The notes beneath the pieces are model-generated. The model did no database searches, was not told the DNA's origin, and saw only the letters and a program-made list of their open reading frames with translations. Source: Nitrospirota bacterium (GTDB lineage Bacteria; Verrucomicrobiota; Verrucomicrobiia; Chthoniobacterales; UBA10450). From it: a DNA stretch of 64,000 bases. Within the stretch, counting starts at the first letter, position 1, and each line of letters begins with the position of its first letter. The stretch covers positions 12,229-76,228 of the forward strand of contig JBLMXH010000067.1 in the NCBI GenBank assembly GCA_050257685.1. Reading direction: 5' to 3'. A program made the position numbers and the translations under genes. Positions 1 through 10,331 of this stretch are shown in pieces.

Positions 1-425
1 GTCTCACCACCGGGGATGGTTCGCAGGTGAGTCTCAAAGATTATCACGGAAAATGGGTGGTTCTTTATTTCTACCCGAAGGATTTCACCAGCGGTTGTAC
101 CCTCGAGGCCCGCAATTTTCAGCGCGATCTCTCGAAATACAGCGAAGCCGGCGTAATCATTCTCGGAGTGAGCGTCGACACCGCGCAATCGCACAAAGAT
201 TTTTGCGCGAAGGAAGGGCTCAACTTCAAACTGCTTGCCGATCCCGACGCGAAAGTTTCCACCGAGTACGGTTCAATGATGGATTATAAAGGCCAGAAGC
301 TCGCTGCCCGTAACACGTTCATCATTAATCCGAACGGCGAAATCGCAAAGGTTTACACGGGCGTGAAACCCGCCGAACACAGCGAGCAGGTGTTGAAAGA
401 TTTGGCTGAGCTAAAGAAGAGCTGA
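1..425 (+). CDS. bcp: Peroxiredoxin, Bcp/AhpC-TSA family (5' end runs off the window)
   Basis: Carries the motif WVVLYFYPKDFTSGCTLEARNF, which contains the peroxidatic Cys in a TxxC context. The reading frame stays open upstream of the listed GTG back to base 3 (LTTGDGSQVSLKDY), so the gene is truncated by the window edge. Confidence 0.85.
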   Translation, partial: LTTGDGSQVSLKDYHGKWVVLYFYPKDFTSGCTLEARNFQRDLSKYSEAGVIILGVSVDTAQSHKDFCAKEGLNFKLLADPDAKVSTEYGSMMDYKGQKLAARNTFIINPNGEIAKVYTGVKPAEHSEQVLKDLAELKKS

Positions 426-445
426 ACGAAACTGGAGGTCACCCA

Positions 446-637
446 ATGGCAGTGCAGAGAAAATCCATCGATTGCAGGGATTACCCGAGTGAAAAGAATT
501 GCTCTCTCAAAATTTCCGGGACGGAAGAAGAAGTGCTCGACGCCGCTGTTCAGCATGCCGCCTCCGTTCACGGGCACGAAAACACGCCCGAGTTGCGCCA
601 ACAAATAAAGTCGATGCTCAAGGACGAACGCGACTGA
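446..637 (+). CDS. Small DUF1059-like protein
   Basis: 63 aa. It has the N-terminal CRD...C pattern and the segment GTEEEVLDAAVQHAASVHGH, which I associate with DUF1059. It sits 20 nt after bcp. Confidence 0.65.
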   Translation: MAVQRKSIDCRDYPSEKNCSLKISGTEEEVLDAAVQHAASVHGHENTPELRQQIKSMLKDERD

Positions 638-1550
638 CCGGGGTGATCGCGGATGCCGACCCGCTTTTGGCCAGTCGCGTCCGTTGCATGTCTGCTTCGA
701 TGTCCAGTTCTGTGAGTAATTGGCGTGCGATTTCTGAAAGTTTGCCGGACCATGCCACACCCACAACAATTGGCGGGAAGTCTGGTAACGGAAGTGCACG
801 CAACTGCGGTGGTGGCGTGAAGCCGGGCGCCGCAACGGTTAAACCGATACCATAACCGCTGGCGACGTATTGCTGGATTAAGCGCTCGGACGTGACTTCG
901 ATCCCGCAAAACCAGTCTACACCGAGCCGTTCAAGGCCGCGCTGAAAATGCGCATGGACGGGATCACTCCGTGAAAAACACACCAGCGTTTCCTCGATCT
1001 TATCGCGCTTCCACAACTCTTCCGCACGAGTCAACTTGGATTTCTTGTGCACCAACAAAACCAACGGCAGCTCCAATAGCGGTCGCACTTGAATTCCCGT
1101 GCGCGATTTTTTATCGATAACCATAATGGCGAGATCGACATCGCGAGCCAAAAGCAATCGTTCGGCATCAGTGCGGGTTGCCTCGTGTAGATAAAGCCGG
1201 AATGCCGGGAACTTTGCTTGAACACGCTGCAAGATTTCTGGCAGATAATCGTGCAGCACGATCGCCGGAGCCGCGATGCGCAACTGCGGCGAGCTGTTCT
1301 GGCGCAGCCTTTCGGCGACAACATCAATGTTTTCGAAGAACGGCCGGATGAACTCGAAGAGCTCCGCGCCTGTGGGCGAGAGTGCGAATGGTCGCCGCTG
1401 AAACAGCTTTGTGCCGAGTGATTCCTCGAGTTTAGCGATTTGCCCGCTTACGGCTGGCTGCTGAATGCCGTAGGGAATATTGCGAACCGCTGCTGCTATG
1501 CCGCCGTGTTTTGCGACGAAGTAGAACAACTCCAGATGATGAATGTTCAT
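618..1550 (-). CDS. LysR family transcriptional regulator
   Basis: The N-terminal HTH reads LELFYFVAKHGGIAAAVRNIPYGIQQPAVSGQIAKLEESLGTKLFQR. The 310-aa length fits LysR with a substrate-binding domain. Confidence 0.9.
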   Translation of the reverse strand: MNIHHLELFYFVAKHGGIAAAVRNIPYGIQQPAVSGQIAKLEESLGTKLFQRRPFALSPTGAELFEFIRPFFENIDVVAERLRQNSSPQLRIAAPAIVLHDYLPEILQRVQAKFPAFRLYLHEATRTDAERLLLARDVDLAIMVIDKKSRTGIQVRPLLELPLVLLVHKKSKLTRAEELWKRDKIEETLVCFSRSDPVHAHFQRGLERLGVDWFCGIEVTSERLIQQYVASGYGIGLTVAAPGFTPPPQLRALPLPDFPPIVVGVAWSGKLSEIARQLLTELDIEADMQRTRLAKSGSASAITPVSRVRP

Positions 1551-1835
1551 ACCAGGTATTTCACGATCTCATTCTGATCCCGCAGTCGCGAGAGAAGAAT
1601 CTCGGATCAATTTTGGACAGATATCCAACGGAAATAAATCAGAGATGTTTGAGAGCCTAGCCTCATGCTTCGCATTTCGTTGCCGCGCTCCGCTCGACAT
1701 GACAGCGCGACCCATAAGGGGAGTTCTAATCGAAAGGGTCGATGAAATCCGTCATTTTTATCAATTCACACTCGCGGCGCAAAGCAGGTATCCTCTTTCG
1801 CAAAGCTGGAGTGATCCAGCCAAACCCCTACAACA

Positions 1836-4800
1836 ATGGAATTTCTAGGTTTTCTTGTAATCGGTTTCGCTATCGCGATTCTCGTTCTGCCGTTTGTCGC
1901 CTTGGTGAAAGCAATCAGGGCAAAGCGAGTCGTTCAAGATCTCGCCAGGCGAGTGGCATCGCTCGAAACCGAGTTGCGCAACCTGCGGCCGCAAACGGTT
2001 TCCGCCGGGCAACAGGAGGCCGGTGTGACCGCGGTGGAGCCAAAAGTAGAAGTAGTCGCCCAAGCGGTCCGGGCGATGACACCTGCTCCCGCCGTACCCA
2101 AAAGGACGCCAGAGCCGCCGCCAATCCCACAGGAACTCCTCACGCCAAAGGCGCCGCAACTCGCCAAACCAGCCAAACCGCCGATCAACTGGGAACAATT
2201 CATGGGCGCAAAATTGTTCGCATGGATCGGCGGGCTCGCGCTGTTCCTGGGGATCGCGTTTTTCGTAAAATACTCATTCGAGCACAATTTGATCCCGCCC
2301 GAGCTGCGGATTGCGATCGGGTTCATCGTCGGCGCTGGTCTCATTGTTGGCGGTTTGCTTCTGAAGCGAAAAGAAAACGCCGTTACTGCGCAGACGCTCT
2401 GCGCGACCGGCATCCTGGTGCTCTACGCCGTCACCTTTGCATGTCGAGCTTACTATCACTTCGCGTTCTTTGGTCTGATTCCAACGTTTCTGTTGATGAC
2501 TCTGATCACAGCAGTCGCGTTTCTGCTTTCCGTGCGGTTAAACGCGATTGTCGTCGCGGTGCTCGGGATCGCCGGTGGATTTCTCACCCCGATTTTGCTT
2601 TCGACGAACCAAGACAATCCACTCGGACTTTTTGGTTATATCGCGCTGCTCGATATCGCTTTGCTAGCACTAGCCCAACGGCAACGCTGGAATGCGCTGC
2701 CGATCCTGGGCGCGGTTGGAACGGTGCTGATGCAATTAGCATGGGTCGGCGCATTCTTTGTTTCGGAGAAATATTTCGCCGCGAACAGAGTTCTCATCTT
2801 TATGGCGGTGTTTGTTGGGTTTCAGGCACTGTTCCTGGCGGCGTCTGCATGGGCAAAGCGCACCGGAAAAGCGAATAAAACATCTTTCGTTTGCGCGATC
2901 GGTCTCGGGGCGATCGCGATGCTCTCGGCGTTTTACCTACTGGATTTCCAAGCAGTCGCGCATCGGCCTGCGCTGTTGTTCAATTATTTGTTCGTCATCG
3001 ATCTCGGCTTGCTTGCACTGACACTGATCGCAAGAAGGCTCGCCCTTGTTCAAGTGCTAGCTGGACTAGCCGCATTCATTTTTCTCGGCGCTTGGACGAG
3101 CAATTACTTGACCATCGGTCACATTTATACGGCGCTGGGATTCTACTTCGTGTTCGCCCTGTTTCATGCAGCGGTGCCGATCGTGCTCCAACGCTTGCAT
3201 AAAATCGAGGTTCCACGCTGGACTCACATCTTTCCTGCGCTGGCCCTTGTGCTTGTGCTGATACCGATATTCCGGCTCACTGAGCTTTCACTGCTAGTCT
3301 GGCCGTTCGTCTTCGTCATCGACATTCTCGCAATTGGTCTGGCGATAGCGACTGCGACTCTGCTGCCCGTCATCGCTGTGCTGGTGCTTACGCTTGTCGC
3401 AGTTGGCGCATTGTTGCTGCGAATCCCGACTGAGCTTACCGGATTGCCAACGGCTCTGCTCATACTCGCCTGCTTCGCGATTTTCTTTTTCGTTGCCGTT
3501 ACTTGGGCCTGTCGCCGTTTGGTTGCGCCGGGAACGCGCGCGCCAAACCTCTTCGGCAACATCACGGACCCTGCAAATCTGTCCGTTCAACTTCCGGCGC
3601 TTTCCGCGACATTGCCGTTTCTGCTGCTTATCATGGTGGCGTTGCAGTTGCCGCTGGCAAATCCCTCTGCTGTATTTGGCTTGGCGCTTTTGCTGGTGAT
3701 TTTGCTTCTCGGCATGAGCGAAATCTTTTCGCTCGATCTGCTCCCGGCGGTCGCACTTGTCTCCGTGCTTGGGCTGGAGCACGCATGGCATTTCCAACAT
3801 TTCGATCCGGCGCACGCAACGCTGCCATTGATGTGGTACGTCGGGTTTTATGCCCTGTTCACAATTTTTCCCTTCATTTTTCATCAGCGGTTTGCCGGGA
3901 AAACCGTCCCGTGGGCGACAGCAGCGCTTGCTGGTCCATTGCACTTTTATCTTATTTACCAGGTCATTCGCACCGCCTACCCGAGCGGCGTTCCCGGCCT
4001 GGTGCCGGCCGCATTTGCGTTGCCGGCGTTGGGTGGATTGTTCGTGCTGCTAAAACGGACACCACTCACAAGCGCGGCACGCAACGCGCAACTGGCGCTC
4101 TTTGGCGGCGCTGCGCTGTTTTTCATCACTCTGATTTTCCCGATCCAATTCGATCGGCAATGGATCACAGTGGGTTGGGCACTTGAAGGCGCAGCACTAT
4201 GCTGGCTTTATCGTCGGGTACCCCACCCCGGGCTTCGTTTGGCCGGCATCGGTCTGCTGGTGGTTGTATTCGTTCGCCTGGCGCTCAATCCAGCCGTGCT
4301 CAGTTATCATCCGCGCGCCGCGTTTCCGATTTTCAATTGGTATCTTTACACATACGGCATCGCAACGGTTTGCCTGTTCGCTGCCGCGCGATTACTGGCA
4401 CCCCCGCGCAATCTCGTGCTCAGTCACAATGTGCGGCCGTTACTTTACACACTTGGCGCCGTGCTCGCCTTTTTCACCGTGAACATCGAGATCGCTGATT
4501 ACTTCAGCACGCCCGGCGTCGCTGCGCTGACGTTTCAGTTTTCAGGTAATTTCGCACGCGACATGAGCTACAGCATCGCGTGGGCGCTGTTCGCGCTTCT
4601 GCTGGTCATTGTCGGAATCCGAAAACAAACTGCGGCGACGCGTTATGCCGGCCTGGCATTGCTAGGCCTGACAATCGTGAAACTCTTTTTTCACGATCTT
4701 TCGCAGCTTGATCAACTCTATCGCATCGGCGCGTTCATCGCCGTTGCGATCATAGCAATTGTGGCATCGTTTCTCTATCAGCGGTTTCTCGCCGTACCCT

Positions 4801-4844
4801 CGAAAAGCAATGAAACGAATACTGCAATCTCACCTGCTCCATAG
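1836..4844 (+). CDS. DUF2339-type polytopic membrane protein
   Basis: 1002 aa. The order is an N-terminal TM helix, a short coiled coil, a Pro-rich linker and then more than 20 hydrophobic segments. This architecture is typical of DUF2339, and it is paired with a DUF3999-like neighbour. Confidence 0.7.
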   Translation: MEFLGFLVIGFAIAILVLPFVALVKAIRAKRVVQDLARRVASLETELRNLRPQTVSAGQQEAGVTAVEPKVEVVAQAVRAMTPAPAVPKRTPEPPPIPQELLTPKAPQLAKPAKPPINWEQFMGAKLFAWIGGLALFLGIAFFVKYSFEHNLIPPELRIAIGFIVGAGLIVGGLLLKRKENAVTAQTLCATGILVLYAVTFACRAYYHFAFFGLIPTFLLMTLITAVAFLLSVRLNAIVVAVLGIAGGFLTPILLSTNQDNPLGLFGYIALLDIALLALAQRQRWNALPILGAVGTVLMQLAWVGAFFVSEKYFAANRVLIFMAVFVGFQALFLAASAWAKRTGKANKTSFVCAIGLGAIAMLSAFYLLDFQAVAHRPALLFNYLFVIDLGLLALTLIARRLALVQVLAGLAAFIFLGAWTSNYLTIGHIYTALGFYFVFALFHAAVPIVLQRLHKIEVPRWTHIFPALALVLVLIPIFRLTELSLLVWPFVFVIDILAIGLAIATATLLPVIAVLVLTLVAVGALLLRIPTELTGLPTALLILACFAIFFFVAVTWACRRLVAPGTRAPNLFGNITDPANLSVQLPALSATLPFLLLIMVALQLPLANPSAVFGLALLLVILLLGMSEIFSLDLLPAVALVSVLGLEHAWHFQHFDPAHATLPLMWYVGFYALFTIFPFIFHQRFAGKTVPWATAALAGPLHFYLIYQVIRTAYPSGVPGLVPAAFALPALGGLFVLLKRTPLTSAARNAQLALFGGAALFFITLIFPIQFDRQWITVGWALEGAALCWLYRRVPHPGLRLAGIGLLVVVFVRLALNPAVLSYHPRAAFPIFNWYLYTYGIATVCLFAAARLLAPPRNLVLSHNVRPLLYTLGAVLAFFTVNIEIADYFSTPGVAALTFQFSGNFARDMSYSIAWALFALLLVIVGIRKQTAATRYAGLALLGLTIVKLFFHDLSQLDQLYRIGAFIAVAIIAIVASFLYQRFLAVPSKSNETNTAISPAP

Positions 4845-6813
4845 CTTCTGCGTTTCTGTCGCGCTGACGATCTTCGTCGATGCGCAGACCACTCCGGCAT
4901 TCGATCCTAACGAATGGCGTACCACGCAGGCCCTTGAGGTTCCAGCCAGGGGGCTCGTGCGCGTAAATGTTCCGGCGGCCACGTTGACTGCAGCGCAGCC
5001 CGGGCTCGAAGACCTGCGCATCATTGATTCTAGTGGAAACCAGGTCCCTTATCTGATCGAGCGACTACTGCCGGACGCCGAATCACGGGTACGGCCAACG
5101 GAATTTCGGAGCACGATCGAGAACGGTGCGACACAGTTAAATCTCAAAACAGGGACGGCCGCGCCGATTATTGGCGTAAGCCTCGAAACGCCGGCTGCGC
5201 AATTCATGAAAGCTGTGGACGTCGAAGGATCCAATGACGGGAGGACCTGGACCAAACTCGCCGGCGGAGATTCAGTCTTTCATTTGCCAAACGGCGCGAC
5301 GAAACTGCGCGTTTCATTACCCGAAGGCGTATGGCAATTGCTACGCATCACCATTGACGATCTGGGCTCGCCACCGGTGCCTTTCACTGGCGCGCAACTG
5401 CACAAGGCGCGCACGAGTGCACCGGCCGAACCGGTCACGGTCACAATCAAATCGCGCGATGAAAGTCCCGGCACAACGAGGCTCGCGCTCGATCTGGGCG
5501 CAGCGAATCTCACCTTGGGATCTTTGCGCATCGAGAGCACCGAACCGGTATTCACACGCGCTGTTACGCTCGCGGTACCCGAGGTTAGCGACGACGGCAT
5601 CGGCGAGCGCGATATCACTGACGCTGTGATTTATCGCGTAAACGTGAACGGCAAAAACGAAGCGCACCTGGAGATTCCGCTCGAATCGCAAATCAAGACA
5701 CGCGAATTGTTGGTGCTGATTCGAAACGAAGACAGCCCACCAATTTCGATCGACGCTGTGCGGGCCGACAGGCGGCTGGTACGCCTTACCTTTTTCGCTA
5801 ACCAACCCGGCCAGTATTCACTTCTCAGCGGCAACACCCAATCTATTGCGCCGCATTACGATCTTTCGGCCCTTGGTGGAAAACTCAGGAACGCCGCCGC
5901 AATCGAGGTTGTTCCTTCAGCGCTTGTTCCGAATCCAAATTATAAACCGCCTGAAGCACTCGCCGCGGTCACCTTGAGCGGAGCGAAAATTGACGTGACA
6001 AAATGGAAATTCCGAAAACTTCTGCCGCTCACACAAAATGGCGTGCAACAAGTCGAGCTCGACCCGGAATTGCTGGCTCACTCGGAACCAGACCAACGCG
6101 ACATCCGGATCGTGCGCGGCGAGTATCAGCTGCCATTCGTTTTTCAGCGCACGTCACTGTCGCGTCCGGTCAGTGTCAGTTCCACCGCGGCAAATGATTC
6201 GAAGAAGCCCGCTCTTTCGCGTTGGTCTATAAGACTTCCCCAACCCGGAATCCCGATCACGCGACTGGTTTGCACGTCATCCTCACCTCTTTTCCATCGG
6301 CAAATGCGATTGTGGGAGGAAGTCACTGACGAACGGGGCGACAAATTTGCAGCCGAACTCGGTCGCGCCACGTGGGATCAAACGCCTAACTCTCCAAACC
6401 GCGATCTCGTTATCAATCTCAACGCGCGCCCCAAAAGCGATACGTTGCTTCTCGAAACAGATAACGGAGACAACCCGGCAATCGAGCTGCGCGACTTTCG
6501 CGGCTATTACCCGGTAACGCGCGTGGTATTCAAGGCGACGCCGGATCCTGTGCAGCCGGTTTGGCTATACTACAGCAATCCGGATGCAGCGACCCCGCAT
6601 TACGATGTCACTCTCGTTGCCGGCGAGCTTCTGAAAGCGGAACGAAACAACATAACCGCGGGTGCAGAAGAAAATCTTTCGCCTAAACTCTCCCTTGTTG
6701 GCCAAACGCTAACCGGATCGATTCGCTACATTTTTTGGGCCGCCCTGGCCTTAGTTGTGGTCGTGCTGCTCGCGATTATGTCACGCTTCCTGCCGAAACA
6801 GCAGCAACAATGA
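4810..6813 (+). CDS. DUF3999-like secreted or membrane-anchored protein
   Basis: ATG 4810 gives MKRILQSHLLHSFCVSVALTIFVDAQ, a signal peptide. The motif GLEDLRIIDSSGNQVPYLIE resembles DUF3999. A C-terminal TM anchor is present (IFWAALALVVVVLLAIM). The gene overlaps the upstream gene by 35 nt. Confidence 0.6.
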   Translation: MKRILQSHLLHSFCVSVALTIFVDAQTTPAFDPNEWRTTQALEVPARGLVRVNVPAATLTAAQPGLEDLRIIDSSGNQVPYLIERLLPDAESRVRPTEFRSTIENGATQLNLKTGTAAPIIGVSLETPAAQFMKAVDVEGSNDGRTWTKLAGGDSVFHLPNGATKLRVSLPEGVWQLLRITIDDLGSPPVPFTGAQLHKARTSAPAEPVTVTIKSRDESPGTTRLALDLGAANLTLGSLRIESTEPVFTRAVTLAVPEVSDDGIGERDITDAVIYRVNVNGKNEAHLEIPLESQIKTRELLVLIRNEDSPPISIDAVRADRRLVRLTFFANQPGQYSLLSGNTQSIAPHYDLSALGGKLRNAAAIEVVPSALVPNPNYKPPEALAAVTLSGAKIDVTKWKFRKLLPLTQNGVQQVELDPELLAHSEPDQRDIRIVRGEYQLPFVFQRTSLSRPVSVSSTAANDSKKPALSRWSIRLPQPGIPITRLVCTSSSPLFHRQMRLWEEVTDERGDKFAAELGRATWDQTPNSPNRDLVINLNARPKSDTLLLETDNGDNPAIELRDFRGYYPVTRVVFKATPDPVQPVWLYYSNPDAATPHYDVTLVAGELLKAERNNITAGAEENLSPKLSLVGQTLTGSIRYIFWAALALVVVVLLAIMSRFLPKQQQQ

Positions 6814-6918
6814 TCAGCGTTAGAGTTGTTCTGCGCACGAAACACTCGAAAAGACACGAAAGATTTGGACCAAGGGCGTCGGATAACCGTGTCATCACTC
6901 TCTTAATCGCTTCCTTTC

Positions 6919-7905
6919 GTGCACTTCGTGTGTTTTGTGGGCTACAGAAGTGTGAGGCTAAGAACTGTTCCAACGGGTTGGAGGTTGCTCATCCTTTGCC
7001 TCGGATATTTTGCTTTCATGTTCTTCGGACATTTGGCGGACCATCTCATTCTTTTTCCGACAACGGCGCCCCTTGATGCGAGCGGCGCCGTTCGCAGAAC
7101 GATCGCTTTCGAGAATGGCGATTTGGAAATCTGGACGGCCCAATCGAGACGCGCACAGCAACAGGGCCGCGCAGATCTTTTCATTTTGCGCTTTTACGGC
7201 AACGCCGATCGCGCGGATCGCTGGGCTGCCATGGAAGCCGAGATGTGGAACGATCGCGCCGTGGAAATTTGGGGAATGAATTATCCAGGGTTTGGCGGCA
7301 GCACAGGACCGGCTCGATTAGCGCGTATTGGACCAGCAGCGCTTGCGGCATTCGACGCGTTGAAGGGTCATGCGGCGATGAGCAAGAATGCTGTAGCGTC
7401 CGCTGTCCCCAGTGGATCGTCGCCGAACCCTGCGCTGGGGACTAGCCTCCGCTCCGCTCCGGCTCGGCAGCCAGCGCACACTACAGCGCCCATCGTGTTA
7501 TTCGGCACGAGCATCGGAGTGACGGCGGCGCTGCACGTCGCCGCGTCGCGTCCCAACGAAATTGCCGGATTGATTTTGCACAATCCACCGCCGCTGCGCG
7601 AAGTCATCTTGCGCCAGTTTGGCTGGTGGAATCTATGGCTGTTGGCAGGTCCAGTGGCCTCGCAGATCCCGCGAGACCTCGACTGCGTTGCAAACGCAAA
7701 GGCGATTCAGACGCCGGCAATCTTTTTGCTCGCGGAAAGAGACGAGATCGTTGCGCCCCGTTTTCATCGCCTCGTCGTTGAAGCATACGCCGGAGAGAAA
7801 CGCATCATCGAATTGCGTGCCGCCCATCACAACGATCCGATCGACGGCACGGCGCTGGCGGATTTAAATGATGCGCTCGACTGGATGTTAGGGCGCGCCC
7901 GGTGA
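6919..7905 (+). CDS. Alpha/beta hydrolase with N-terminal TM helix
   Basis: Nucleophile elbow GTSIG lies within LFGTSIGVTAALHVAA, and there is a C-terminal HHND segment. A low-complexity Ala/Ser/Pro insert is present. The start codon is uncertain (GTG 6919). Confidence 0.7.
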   Translation: MHFVCFVGYRSVRLRTVPTGWRLLILCLGYFAFMFFGHLADHLILFPTTAPLDASGAVRRTIAFENGDLEIWTAQSRRAQQQGRADLFILRFYGNADRADRWAAMEAEMWNDRAVEIWGMNYPGFGGSTGPARLARIGPAALAAFDALKGHAAMSKNAVASAVPSGSSPNPALGTSLRSAPARQPAHTTAPIVLFGTSIGVTAALHVAASRPNEIAGLILHNPPPLREVILRQFGWWNLWLLAGPVASQIPRDLDCVANAKAIQTPAIFLLAERDEIVAPRFHRLVVEAYAGEKRIIELRAAHHNDPIDGTALADLNDALDWMLGRAR

Positions 7906-7917
7906 ATCCGTTCCATT

Positions 7918-7986
7918 GGTAGGGAGCGCACTCCCGTGCGCGCCATCTTCTACGACATCGGCGTGCAGGGGACTGCCCGCCCTACC
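7918..7986. repeat. Family C inverted-repeat element, copy 1 (opposite orientation to copies 2 and 3)
   Basis: The sequence GGTAGGGAGCGCACTCCCGTGCGCGCC...GGCGTGCAGGGGACTGCCCGCCCTACC has a right arm that is the reverse complement of GGTAGGGCGGGCAGTCCTCTGCACGCC seen at 14884 and 47235. Confidence 0.75.
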
Positions 7987-8107
7987 GGTTCGTACTCGCA
8001 GCGTCGTTTCCGAATATTTGCGTGAATCGGTTTCCTCGCGGGAAAGGCGTCTTGGGGCTTCTCGCGAACGCTTTCGGAGCTGCGTTGCAGCCTCGACTTC
8101 GCTCGGA

Positions 8108-8722
8108 ATGGCCTTTATGAGAGGACTCGCAATGCAGAACGCTCAAAACTTGATGAGCAGTTTCGAGTTCATCGCCGCGCTCATGTCCATCATTGTCGGT
8201 TTGGGTGTGACCAATCTGCTCGCCGGCGCCGGCCGCGCATTTTACCGCCGCAAAGAGAACCCGCTCGACGAAGTTCACATTGTTTTAACCATCGCGACGC
8301 TGCTGCTGCTGAGTTTGCAATGGTGGGTCACGTTTAAATGGAACACCGAAGTGAACTGGAGCTTCGACAAGTTCCTTGTTCTCATCGTTTGGACCATCAC
8401 CCTATACATGCTGACGGTTTTTCTTTATCCGCCTGATCTGTCGGAAGCGGAAGAACACCAGGGCCGATTCGAACGAAACCGGTCGGGTTATTATTCTGCG
8501 TTTATTGCGATGTGCATCCTCGACATCGTGCAGACCGGAATCCACGAGGACTTATTTCATCCGATCTGGTATTTGCCTTTTATCGGTCAATACGCCGTGC
8601 TGGCTGCCATTGGTCTGATTGCACACCGACGCGGATACGATCGTTTCTTTGCCTGGTACCAATTGATCACGCTGCTGGTCTGGGCTCTTGTCGTACGGCG
8701 GCTTCTCGTCGGAGCCCATTGA
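8108..8722 (+). CDS. Hypothetical integral membrane protein
   Basis: Five to six hydrophobic segments and no recognisable family. The listed ORF start at 7916 runs through repeat C1, so ATG 8108 or 8132 is more likely. Confidence 0.5.
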   Translation: MAFMRGLAMQNAQNLMSSFEFIAALMSIIVGLGVTNLLAGAGRAFYRRKENPLDEVHIVLTIATLLLLSLQWWVTFKWNTEVNWSFDKFLVLIVWTITLYMLTVFLYPPDLSEAEEHQGRFERNRSGYYSAFIAMCILDIVQTGIHEDLFHPIWYLPFIGQYAVLAAIGLIAHRRGYDRFFAWYQLITLLVWALVVRRLLVGAH

Positions 8723-8767
8723 TGTGGGCGTTGCGTGTCGGCTAATTCCGCGAATTTGAAAATGAGG

Positions 8768-9805
8768 CTACCGCTTGATTGCCACCCACTCGTTCCGTGC
8801 ACGCGAATCGGAGACAGCTTGCACGACGCGCATGTAACGAAGGCCGTCTTCGAAATTTGGATGCGGAAGCACGCGGCCCTTTGACTTCACCGCGGCGAGG
8901 AAATCTTCTTCCACGCGCCATTCGCCTTCCAATTCCTTGGGGATATCCACGATGTGCAGTCCGCGATCGCCAGTCTTTCCAGTCTGCATGACATCGGCCG
9001 TGAAGTCATATGTCAGGGTTCCGTTGTTGCCGTAAACTTCGAGGCGATCACCTTCGGCGAGCGCGTTGATTCCGCTGAACTCGAGCACGCCTTCGGCGCC
9101 ACTTTCAAAACTGCACAGCACTGTGAGCAAATCGGGAACGATCACGTTGTAAGCTTCGCGAAGTGGTTGAATGACTTTTCCGCGCGCGAATACACCAGTG
9201 ATGTCGCCAAGCCAGCGCTGCAAAACCTCAACATAAATGCCCAGCGTGAGTGTATTGAGTCCACTGATCTCGATTTTTTGACGCCAATGCGCCGGCGCAT
9301 CCGGATCCAGGTAGTTTCCGTGAAAACTTTGCAGCCGCACATGATGCGGCTGGCCAATGTAATTTTCGGCCAGGAGTTTTTTGACCATCAAATCGCCGCG
9401 TAATCCGAAAGGCGGCGGACAGAGCATTGTCACCAACTCGGGATATCGCTTCGACGCAGCCAACATTTCTTCGGCCTCGGCCAGATCCATCGACATGCGC
9501 GCCTGACAAAAGACGTGTTTTCCGGCCTCAAGCGCAGAGATTGTGACCGCCGAATGCATATACGGCGTCGTGCCGATCCAGATGATGTCGATCTCTGGCG
9601 TAGCGACCAGTTCCGCCCAATCGCGTATCGGGAGTGCCGTCAGCGAATTCTCGCGGCAGAAGCGTTCCGCACTTCCGTACGTGGTGTTTGAAACGGCGAC
9701 AATTTCCACGTCGGGGTTTTTTTTGAGCGCCGGCAAATGTCGGGTGCGCACGATATTGCCGGCTCCTACGATTCCGATCCGCAGTTTGTGATTATTTTTG
9801 TGCAT
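8768..9805 (-). CDS. Gfo/Idh/MocA family oxidoreductase
   Basis: The Rossmann N-terminus LRIGIVGAGNIVRTRHLPAL starts at MHKNNHKL (ATG complement at 9803-9805). The length is typical for this family. Confidence 0.85.
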   Translation of the reverse strand: MHKNNHKLRIGIVGAGNIVRTRHLPALKKNPDVEIVAVSNTTYGSAERFCRENSLTALPIRDWAELVATPEIDIIWIGTTPYMHSAVTISALEAGKHVFCQARMSMDLAEAEEMLAASKRYPELVTMLCPPPFGLRGDLMVKKLLAENYIGQPHHVRLQSFHGNYLDPDAPAHWRQKIEISGLNTLTLGIYVEVLQRWLGDITGVFARGKVIQPLREAYNVIVPDLLTVLCSFESGAEGVLEFSGINALAEGDRLEVYGNNGTLTYDFTADVMQTGKTGDRGLHIVDIPKELEGEWRVEEDFLAAVKSKGRVLPHPNFEDGLRYMRVVQAVSDSRARNEWVAIKR

Positions 9806-10021
9806 TAGCTCTGAGCAATGATCGCCGCTACGAAGGCGATTGGTTGTGGTCGAGCTAGGTTTGACCGCAGCCAACAATTGCGCGTTCAACCTCAACCGAC
9901 TACAGCGGCAGAAAGGCCGCGCCCGAGCCCTGTGGGTTGAGCATTCCTCCTTAAGGAATGCGAGCAATGATCCGCTTGACCTCTGGAGTCAATGACGGCA
10001 GGTTAGGCGGCTTTTTTTGAT

Positions 10022-10282
10022 ATGAAAGTTTGCGATATCACAGGATCCAGAGCGGTGCGTGGCAGCGTGATTCACCGGCGTGGTTTGGCCAAGAAGAAAG
10101 GTGGCGTAGGCCGGCATATCACCAAAATGGTACCGCGCACGTTCTCGCCTAACTTGCAACGGCAGCGTATTTGGGTGCCGGAGCTCAAAAAATTTGTGCG
10201 CGTTCGTGTCACCGCGCGCGGTCTCAAGACGATCAACAAGCGTGGCGCTTACAAGGCGCTGAAGAAAGCCGGCGCTATCTGA
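10022..10282 (+). CDS. rpmB: 50S ribosomal protein L28
   Basis: MKVCDITGSR...RTFSPNLQRQRIWVPE is the L28 signature region. The protein is basic and 86 aa long. Confidence 0.9.
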   Translation: MKVCDITGSRAVRGSVIHRRGLAKKKGGVGRHITKMVPRTFSPNLQRQRIWVPELKKFVRVRVTARGLKTINKRGAYKALKKAGAI

Positions 10283-10331
10283 TTTTGTAGGCTCCGTCTC
10301 AGAGGCCGACGAGGCTTCTCACAAAGACGCC

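Noticed and set aside
1742-2878. 378-aa plus-strand ORF overlapping the start of the DUF2339 gene in another frame. Similar off-frame ORFs occur at 1934-2413, 3294-3944 and 3503-4186.
   Set aside because: The composition is Arg/Ser/Ala/Gly-rich, as expected for off-frame reading of GC-rich coding DNA. These ORFs lie wholly within a long ORF that has coherent membrane-protein features.
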